Shown here piece after piece: positions 29,450 through 37,388 of a DNA stretch of 37,388 nucleotides (the first letter of the stretch is position 1; the number at the start of each line of letters is the position of its first letter). This DNA comes from Alteromonas sp. GTDB lineage: Bacteria; Margulisbacteria; Marinamargulisbacteria; UBA6595. The stretch is from positions 1-37,388 of the forward strand of contig CAXPTH010000027.1 in assembly GCA_964220215.1 (NCBI GenBank), written 5' to 3'. The notes under the pieces are model-generated. The model was not told where the DNA came from, searched no databases, and saw only the letters and a program-made list of their open reading frames with translations. A program made the position numbers and the translations under genes.

Positions 29450-30325
29450 TTATTCCAGTGTCCGGCTAATGGATATATAAGCACCCATAACACCAAGCAC
29501 TGTCCCTATTATAAACAAACCGGCATAAATCCACCATAGTACCGGAGAATTAAAAATTAGGGGCATAAACGGAAACTGCTGCTGAATGTATTTAGCCACC
29601 GCATCATAACTAAACTTGAGCATCACAACCGAGACGGTCGAGCCCACAACACCCAGCACAAAGCCTTCAATCACAAACGGCCATCGAATAAACCAACGGG
29701 TAGCGCCCACCAATTGCATAATTTCGACCTCATTATGCCGGGCCATAATCGTCAAGCGAATCGTGTTCACAATAATCATCAACGTCGCCAATAGCAACAA
29801 CGCATTAAACCCCCAACCACTGATGCGTAGCCATTTGGATAACAGCTGGATGCGTTCCGTAATATAACCGCCATAGACAATATCGTCCACAACGGTGGTA
29901 TAGGTTTCCAATTTGGACACCATAGCTTGGATTTTGGTTTGATCGGTTACACGAATAATCATCGTGTCGGGCAGGGGGTTTTTATCAATATAGCTTGTTA
30001 ACTGCGTCCCCGAATATTGCTGCTTTAGGGTTTCCCACGCCACCGCCTTGTCCACAAATTCAACCTCACGAACGGTATCAAACCCCTGAACAACCGTATG
30101 AAAATCACGCTTATCCCGACGGGTAATATCATCCCGAAAAAACACCCGGATTTCCAATCGAGACACAAAAAAATCAGCCAAATTATTGACATTCACAGTA
30201 AACAACAGAAAAAAGCCCAGCACAAGCATGGACACCGCCAAGGTACAGAGGGACAGCACCGTCATTAATCCCGATCGACGCAATCCAATCGCCGCCTCAC
30301 GAATAAAAAAGAATATACTAGGCAT
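29450..30325 (-). CDS. ftsX: Cell division permease FtsX
   Basis: NPLPD, IVNTIRLTI..R..EVEIMQLVGATRWFIRWPF..EG. Start reassigned to ATG 30325. Confidence 0.95.
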   Translation of the reverse strand: MPSIFFFIREAAIGLRRSGLMTVLSLCTLAVSMLVLGFFLLFTVNVNNLADFFVSRLEIRVFFRDDITRRDKRDFHTVVQGFDTVREVEFVDKAVAWETLKQQYSGTQLTSYIDKNPLPDTMIIRVTDQTKIQAMVSKLETYTTVVDDIVYGGYITERIQLLSKWLRISGWGFNALLLLATLMIIVNTIRLTIMARHNEVEIMQLVGATRWFIRWPFVIEGFVLGVVGSTVSVVMLKFSYDAVAKYIQQQFPFMPLIFNSPVLWWIYAGLFIIGTVLGVMGAYISISRTLE

Positions 30326-30995
30326 AATGCCCCATAATCGTATCACTCACGACACTGCCATTCATGAGCCGAACCACCCGACGACGCATTTTATTTACAA
30401 TCCGCCAATCGTGAGTAGCCACAATAATGGTTGTTTTCCGTTGATTGATTTTTCCCAATAATTGCATAATATCCCAGGCTGTATCGGGATCTAAGTTACC
30501 CGTGGGCTCATCCGCCAATAAAATCCGGGGCTGATGCACAATTGCCCGAGCAATACAAATACGCTGTTGCTCACCACCCGATAATGCGCGTGGATAATCG
30601 TGCGCTTTGTTGGTCAACCCCACCAAATCCAACACTTGATGCACCAACTGATGAATCCGCCGACGCTTATAGTGCAACACCTGCAAGACAAACGCAATAT
30701 TCTCATACACCGTACGCTTGGGCAACAACTTATAGTCTTGGAAAATCATGCCCACATCCCGTCTTAAAACAGGCAATTGATCCGCCCGCAATCGGGTTAA
30801 TTCATAGGCTAAGACCTGTGCCCGACCCGAGGACGGACGCTCACGGCCATGCAAAACATTAAACAGCGTTGTCTTCCCAGACCCCGATGGACCCACTAAA
30901 AAAACAAACTCGCCTTGATCAATGGCCAAAGAAACATCGTTCAGGCCATAACAATCATTGTCATAGAGTTTCGACAACGATTGAATCGCAATCAC
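30318..30995 (-). CDS. ftsE: Cell division ATP-binding protein FtsE
   Basis: GPSGSGKTT, IFQDYKLL, LSGGEQQR, LADEPTGNLD; directly upstream of ftsX. Confidence 0.96.
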   Translation of the reverse strand: MIAIQSLSKLYDNDCYGLNDVSLAIDQGEFVFLVGPSGSGKTTLFNVLHGRERPSSGRAQVLAYELTRLRADQLPVLRRDVGMIFQDYKLLPKRTVYENIAFVLQVLHYKRRRIHQLVHQVLDLVGLTNKAHDYPRALSGGEQQRICIARAIVHQPRILLADEPTGNLDPDTAWDIMQLLGKINQRKTTIIVATHDWRIVNKMRRRVVRLMNGSVVSDTIMGHYA

Positions 30996-30999
30996 GCCG

Positions 31000-32040
31000 T
31001 TACCGAAGTTGATCCGCGCGCATGGACCACTGACTAATATCTTGAAACAGCACCATCAGCATCACCGCCAACAAAATAGCCATGCCTGCTTGGTTAATGC
31101 GACGCTCCCAAACAACACTTAATCGCTTGTTTCGGATCGTTTCAATCCCCAACAACAACAAATGCCCCCCATCCAATACGGGAAACGGAAATAAATTAAA
31201 GACCCCCAGTGCGACGCTAATCATGGCCACCATCGCCAACAACTGCGCCCCTAGTTTTTGAGCCCCCACCACTTGTACAATGCCCACAGGACCCATGAGA
31301 TCCCGAAATTGAACATCTTGTGCTATTAGCAATTGGATTGTCTTCAGCGTTGACCCAACGCTCGCTCCGGTCATCTTAGCCCCATCAAGAACCCCTTTCC
31401 ATAGTGTCGTCGGCGCATACTCAATACCAAACGACACCCCTATTTTATACCCGTCGCCCGATTCAACTGGCTGCACCGACAATAATTTGATATCCCCACC
31501 CCGCTGAATCGTCAGCAATACCGGGTGCCCAGCGGACCATTCAATGCGCTCAATAATATCCGATCGAACCGCTGTCACAGCGATGCCGTCCACTTCAAGA
31601 ATGCGATCCCCCGTTTGAATGCCCGCTGAATCGGCTGGCATATCCGCAGACACCTCTGATACAACCGGTTGCAACACGGGCGTCCCGGTGGTGGTATACA
31701 CCACTGAAAACAAACCAAACGCGACCAGTATATTCATGGCTGAACCGGCCACCAAAATTAATGCGCGTGCCCACCGTTTCTGGTCATAAAACAAACCCTC
31801 ATTCATAGGGCTATCCGTCTCATCCGCATCATCCATGCCTGCCACTCGGACAAACCCCCCGATGGGCAATAATCGAAATGTATACAGGGTCCGAGCACCT
31901 CGGTATTTCGCAATCACTGGGCCCATCCCTACTGCAAATTCATGAACACCCACGCCCACATAGCGCGCTGCCCAAAAATGCCCCAACTCGTGCATGACAA
32001 TAATAAAATTAATCCCCAACAGGGCAATTAAAATGCTCAT
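31000..32040 (-). CDS. rseP: Site-2 intramembrane zinc protease RseP with PDZ domain
   Basis: HELGH, PIGGFV, PDZ (AGIQTGDRIL), NLFPFPVLDGG. Confidence 0.94.
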   Translation of the reverse strand: MSILIALLGINFIIVMHELGHFWAARYVGVGVHEFAVGMGPVIAKYRGARTLYTFRLLPIGGFVRVAGMDDADETDSPMNEGLFYDQKRWARALILVAGSAMNILVAFGLFSVVYTTTGTPVLQPVVSEVSADMPADSAGIQTGDRILEVDGIAVTAVRSDIIERIEWSAGHPVLLTIQRGGDIKLLSVQPVESGDGYKIGVSFGIEYAPTTLWKGVLDGAKMTGASVGSTLKTIQLLIAQDVQFRDLMGPVGIVQVVGAQKLGAQLLAMVAMISVALGVFNLFPFPVLDGGHLLLLGIETIRNKRLSVVWERRINQAGMAILLAVMLMVLFQDISQWSMRADQLR

Positions 32041-34067
32041 GCGGGCTCTGCACAGTGGGTATGCTGTTCAATCGCAGCTACCACGGCATCAACCGTAAAG
32101 CCCAGTTTTGATCGCAATTGATCCGCCGTACCACTGTACCCAAATTGATTGACCCCAATCACCAAGCCATCGTGTCCCACATAGGCGTGCCACCCAAAGG
32201 AAACACCCGCCTCGATCGCTACCATCGTCCCCGCCGTTCGCGGCAATACCGAGGCCCGATACGCCGCTGACTGCTGATTAAACAACTCAAAACACGGCAG
32301 ACTAACTACCCGCACACGTTGGCCGTTGGCTTCCAATCGAGCCATCACATCCACCGCCAAACCAACTTCCGACCCCGTGGCACACAAGACGCAATCCAAG
32401 GGCCCATCGCCTGGGGATTCGGCTAGACAATATCCCCCACGCAACGCTCCGTCCACATCGGTTGTATCCAAGTCTTTAATGGCTTGTCGCGTCAACACCA
32501 ATGCCGTTGGCCCGGTGTGGCGCAAGGCCGCAATCCAAGCGGCTTTGGTCTCGGTTTGATCGGCTGGTCGAATAACCTGAAGCCCCGGCATGGCGCGCAA
32601 ACTGCTCACGTGCTCAACCGGCTGATGCGTTGGGCCATCTTCGCCTAAAAATACACTGTCGTGGGTAAATTGATAGACGACGCGCAGCTGCATCAACGCC
32701 GCCAGCCGAATGGCGTTTCGACAATAATCTGAAAACGTCAAAAACGTACCAACGTATGGCAAGATCCCCCCATACAACGCCAAGCCATTGGCCATCGCCG
32801 CCATGGCAAATTCCCGAACGCCATATTTAATTTGAGGGTGTTCGTAATGCGTGGCCGACAAGAGCCCGGCCCCCACAATACCTGTTGAATCCGAACAAGA
32901 CAAATCGGCAGACCCCCCCAAAACATTGGGCAAGTTATCGACAACAACTTGAATTAACGCATGAGAAATAGCGCGCGTCGCTGCATTGGGCTTCACCGTG
33001 GCGGTTCGCAACGCATGTTCGGTTTGCTTCCAAGCAGGCGCATCATCCGATTGCGTCGCCGCCCATCGCTTGGCCAATCGCGGATGGGTCGCCGACCACT
33101 CGTCCATATGCCGCTCCCAACGGGAAACGGCGGCTTCGCCTCGAGCATTATAATCGGCTACGGCATTCGTAATGGCTGGATCCACATAAAACAAGGGCTC
33201 TGCAGGAATTCCATGATACGCTTTGGTGGCCCGGACCTCTTCTGACCCCATGGGTTTTCCATGCACCTCGGATGTATTGGCCACTGTGGGAGCGCCCTGA
33301 CCAATGGTTGTTTTCGCCATAATTAACACCGGCTTTGGATGCTGACGGGCATCGGTCAACGCCTGATCAATAGCCGCAACGTCGTGCCCATCCACGCGAA
33401 TAACATGCCAGCCATAGGCCCGATACCGAGCCCCCACATCTTCGGTGAAACATTCTTTCGTTGGACCATCCAAACAGATCGCATTGTCATCATAAATAAC
33501 CGTCACATTGGACAAGGCTAAATGCCCGGCTAGTGACGATGCTTCTGCACTAACCCCCTCCATCAGACACCCATCACCCGCTAAAATGTAGGTATGCGGC
33601 ATGGTTTGCGCATCCAATTCCCATTGATACACGGCGTTTTGATGCTGAATGCCCAACGCCATCCCAATCCCCATGGCAATACCTTGTCCCAAAGGCCCCG
33701 TAGTCGCCTCAACCCCGGGCGTCTCTCGATACTCCGGATGCCCCGGTGTTGGGCTTTCGCATTGGCGAAATTGACGAATGGCATCCAAACTAACGCCATA
33801 CCCAACCAAATGCAACACGCTGTACAACACCATTGAGCCATGCCCAGCGGATAATACAAATCGGTCTCGGCCCGCCCAATGCGGTGCCTGTGGGTGAAAC
33901 CGCAAATGACGCGCATACAAACACGCCACTAGATCCGCACACCCCAATGGCAACCCTGGGTGGCCGCTGCTGGCGGCTTCAATAGCATCCATACTTAACC
34001 CCCGAATGCCCCGTGCTAATTGAGCAACATGGGTAAAATCAGTCGTCGTTGCGTCCGTATTGGTCAT
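32037..34067 (-). CDS. tkt: Transketolase
   Basis: SGHPG, RDRFVLSAGH, TTGPLGQG, GDGCLMEG, YGVREF, THDS..GEDGPTHQP. Confidence 0.97.
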   Translation of the reverse strand: MTNTDATTTDFTHVAQLARGIRGLSMDAIEAASSGHPGLPLGCADLVACLYARHLRFHPQAPHWAGRDRFVLSAGHGSMVLYSVLHLVGYGVSLDAIRQFRQCESPTPGHPEYRETPGVEATTGPLGQGIAMGIGMALGIQHQNAVYQWELDAQTMPHTYILAGDGCLMEGVSAEASSLAGHLALSNVTVIYDDNAICLDGPTKECFTEDVGARYRAYGWHVIRVDGHDVAAIDQALTDARQHPKPVLIMAKTTIGQGAPTVANTSEVHGKPMGSEEVRATKAYHGIPAEPLFYVDPAITNAVADYNARGEAAVSRWERHMDEWSATHPRLAKRWAATQSDDAPAWKQTEHALRTATVKPNAATRAISHALIQVVVDNLPNVLGGSADLSCSDSTGIVGAGLLSATHYEHPQIKYGVREFAMAAMANGLALYGGILPYVGTFLTFSDYCRNAIRLAALMQLRVVYQFTHDSVFLGEDGPTHQPVEHVSSLRAMPGLQVIRPADQTETKAAWIAALRHTGPTALVLTRQAIKDLDTTDVDGALRGGYCLAESPGDGPLDCVLCATGSEVGLAVDVMARLEANGQRVRVVSLPCFELFNQQSAAYRASVLPRTAGTMVAIEAGVSFGWHAYVGHDGLVIGVNQFGYSGTADQLRSKLGFTVDAVVAAIEQHTHCAEPA

Positions 34068-34499
34068 TTACTGCAACTGATTCAACGCATGAAGGGCCGT
34101 GGGATTGGCTTGGGTAGTCTCAGGGGCTGATTCCCCTGTATCTGAAATCACCACGCCCGGCGGAACAAACAAAAAGATACCGTCCCCAATTTTTTGCATG
34201 GCCCCATTAATGGCGTAGGTTGTGCCGCACACAAAATCAATTAAACGCTTGCCGACATCGGCATCCAAGTGAGTCAGCAATACGATAACAGGAACCCCGT
34301 CGCGCAAATAATTTCCAACGGTTAACGAGTCTTCATAAATACGAGGGGATTCAATGCGAATCGACGCCACGGACTGCCGGGTTGGTTTGTGCTTTTGCTT
34401 GGCAAATGTTGGTGATGTTGGCTCTGAAATAGCGATTTCGGGGGCTGATGCATCCCCTTCGAATCCAAAAAACAGTTTTATATTGTTCCACAGTCCCAT
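34068..34499 (-). CDS. sepF: Cell division protein SepF
   Basis: N-terminal amphipathic KLFFGF; PRIYED; KRLIDFVCGTTYAING; IFLFVP; downstream of yggS. Confidence 0.92.
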   Translation of the reverse strand: MGLWNNIKLFFGFEGDASAPEIAISEPTSPTFAKQKHKPTRQSVASIRIESPRIYEDSLTVGNYLRDGVPVIVLLTHLDADVGKRLIDFVCGTTYAINGAMQKIGDGIFLFVPPGVVISDTGESAPETTQANPTALHALNQLQ

Positions 34500-34536
34500 A
34501 AGTATGTGCCTTAGTATACCGTAATCATTGAAAAAG

Positions 34537-35187
34537 TCACAACCATTCGAGCAATTGGGAACCCAAGCGAATTTGCGTAGACCCAGCGTGAACGGCTAGG
34601 GGGTAATCATGACTCATGCCCATGCTAAGCGCAGAAACCCCCGGATACCGTGCCTGGCACTGATCCACCAGCGCACGCGCCTCTTGAAATACCGCAGCAA
34701 TTGCGGCATCCGATGCCGGATGCGGCCCCATAACCATGCACCCCGTAACCGCTAGGTTGGGCAAGGCCATCAGCGTGGGCAAAGCATCCCAAAAATCGGC
34801 AACAGAAAACCCATATTTATTGGGCTCTTGCGTCATATTTAATTGCACATACACCGGCATGATGACTCCCGACGCATGCGCCGCCGCATCCACACACTGC
34901 GCCAAGTGCAGCGAGTCAATCGATTCGATTCGATGACTGGCCGCCACAGCTTTTTTTACTTTATTGCGTTGCAAATGGCCAATCATCACCCAGTCTAAAT
35001 CGGGTGGGTTAAATACTGCTTGTTTTTCCTGCATCGATTGTACTTTATTTTCACCGACACGGCGAATGCCCGCAGCATAAAGCGCTTGAATTTGCTCAAC
35101 GGTTGCATATTTCGTGACGGCCAATAGATCCACGCCATGCCCCTGGCAATACGTTAGCAGTTCAGATAATGACTGACAATCCGACAT
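34537..35187 (-). CDS. yggS: PLP homeostasis protein YggS/PipY
   Basis: LAVTKY, GENKVQ, IGHLQRNK, LSMGMSHDY, IRLGS. Confidence 0.95.
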   Translation of the reverse strand: MSDCQSLSELLTYCQGHGVDLLAVTKYATVEQIQALYAAGIRRVGENKVQSMQEKQAVFNPPDLDWVMIGHLQRNKVKKAVAASHRIESIDSLHLAQCVDAAAHASGVIMPVYVQLNMTQEPNKYGFSVADFWDALPTLMALPNLAVTGCMVMGPHPASDAAIAAVFQEARALVDQCQARYPGVSALSMGMSHDYPLAVHAGSTQIRLGSQLLEWL

Positions 35188-35260
35188 TGTAGTTTACAGT
35201 CTACACCCAATGCAAAGAAACTGTCACTGCACAAAAATCACTCAAACCAAACAAAAGATA

Positions 35261-35269
35261 TGCTATAAT
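35261..35269 (+). promoter_or_regulatory. Consensus extended -10 (TGCTATAAT) for ilvC
   Basis: Perfect TGnTATAAT about 118 nt before the ATG; AAGGAG SD at 35372-35377. Confidence 0.6.
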
Positions 35270-35387
35270 ACTACGTAATAAATAGGTAAGCAAACAAATC
35301 GCTGTGTTTGTTGGCCGTTTGATTAAATAATGGATCGCAGCAGCACAGCATTGTGCAAAGCAAAAAAGAAAAAGGAGTGTTGAATAA

Positions 35388-36880
<1,493 letters not shown>

Positions 36881-36881
36881 A

Positions 36882-36911
36882 AGAGTCTGGCCATGAGCTA
36901 GACTCTGTTTT
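36882..36911 (+). terminator. Probable intrinsic terminator of ilvC
   Basis: AGAGTCTGGC-CATGA-GCTAGACTCT (10-bp stem, one G-U) followed by GTTTT. Confidence 0.55.
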
Positions 36912-36929
36912 CACAGGGTTTGCCTAAAC

Positions 36930-37006
36930 GGGGGCGTAGTTCAGTTGGTTAGAACGCCTGCCTGTCACGCAGGAGGTCGCCGGTTCGAGCCCGGTCGTCC
37001 CCGCCA
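36930..37006 (+). tRNA. tRNA-Asp (GTC)
   Basis: GGGGGCGTAGTTCAGTTGGTTAGAAC..CCTGC-CTGTCAC-GCAGG..GTTCGAG..CGTCCCCGCCA; 77 nt, CCA encoded. Confidence 0.97.
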
Positions 37007-37075
37007 GAATTCAGAATCAAATCATTTCTTAACAGTCTCAGCAAACAACCGCATAGCCTCAGCTTTGTCTAACCA

Positions 37076-37138
37076 AGTATCAAAGTTCGAACATTGTCTC
37101 GCCAGCCATGTTTTTACTTTTCTAGATATCACCTAGGC
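37076..37138. repeat. 63-bp direct repeat, copy 1
   Basis: AGTATCAAAGTTCGAACATTGTCTCGCCAGCCAT(G/A)TTTTTACTTTTCTAGATATCACCTAGGC; 62/63 identical to 37326-37388. Confidence 0.95.
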
Positions 37139-37227
37139 CTAAATCCTTTAAAACCCTTAAAGCAACCTAAATTCTTTAAAGCCCCATAATCCCTTAAAGC
37201 CCCCTAAATCCCCCTAAAGGGGGACTT
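37137..37227. repeat. Degenerate tandem CCCTAAATCCCTTAAAG units ending in a TCCCCC-TAAA-GGGGGA hairpin (REP-like)
   Basis: About four imperfect units; hairpin at 37209-37224. Confidence 0.7.
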
Positions 37228-37262
37228 GTGTGTATTTGAACAGCTACAAACCATGCCGACAC

Positions 37263-37301
37263 CCGCTGGCTGAGTGGCGCCGGAGGCGTTGTATCGAAGC
37301 C
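37263..37301. repeat. REP-like palindromic element
   Basis: GGCT-GAGT-GGCGCC-GGA-GGCGTT-GTATCGA-AGCC nested stem; GC-rich within AT-rich context; single copy in the window. Confidence 0.45.
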
Positions 37302-37325
37302 AGATTTTTAACTGTACTATTCGTT

Positions 37326-37388
37326 AGTATCAAAGTTCGAACATTGTCTCGCCAGCCATATTTTTACTTTTCTAGATATCACCTAGGC
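37326..37388. repeat. 63-bp direct repeat, copy 2 (runs to the window end)
   Basis: Offset exactly 250 bp from copy 1; single mismatch at 37360 versus 37110. Confidence 0.95.

Noticed and set aside
35188..35205. TGTAG-N8-CTACA as an NtcA/CRP site before yggS
   Set aside because: GTA to TAC spacing is 10 rather than 8, and the short arms could be chance or reflect the -10 element.
35270..35387. Attenuator, T-box or riboswitch in the ilvC leader
   Set aside because: The only short ORF (MDRSSTALCKAKKKKEC) lacks Ile/Leu/Val runs; no T-box GGTGG.ACC; hairpins are only 5-6 bp with no U tract.
37030..37108. Third tRNA gene ending GCCAGCCA
   Set aside because: No matching acceptor 5' strand, D arm or anticodon arm, and the T stem is broken; kept only as a fragment.
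36945..37136. 63-aa ORF MVRTPACHAGG
   Set aside because: It is a translation of tRNA-Asp.
37076..37388. CRISPR array
   Set aside because: The repeat is at least 63 bp and the spacer 187 bp, both outside CRISPR ranges; only two copies and no cas genes.

Overview
A gene-dense bacterial core-genome window of about 37 protein-coding genes and two tRNAs (Gly-GCC, Asp-GTC), with many overlapping start/stop codons. It covers central and amino-acid metabolism (leuCD, gap, pgk, tkt, aconitase, ilvC, aroH, tyrA, birA, gltX), envelope and division (mltG, lspA, ftsEX, rseP, sepF, yggS, PPIase, a glycosylation cluster) and a partner-switching module. Cyanobacteria-like LeuCD, sepF-yggS, AroH and LPS-type transferases suggest a non-photosynthetic relative of Cyanobacteria such as Margulisbacteria; this is an inference only. 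The strongest candidate for a new system is an orphan PI3K/PI4K/HipA-fold kinase encoded between gltX (the known HipA substrate) and birA, with no antitoxin gene. Also notable: a GAF-PAS-GAF-PP2C-HATPase fusion with an eroded G1 box beside a STAS protein; a plant-chloroplast-type class II KARI; enzymes that look drawn from different lineages; repeated leaderless-type promoters; a triple palindrome over the gap promoter; a frameshift at a C8 tract in mltG; and, after tRNA-Asp, a 63-bp direct repeat holding a degenerate tRNA 3' end and flanking two REP-like hairpins. All family assignments come from motif recognition by eye; no searches were run.
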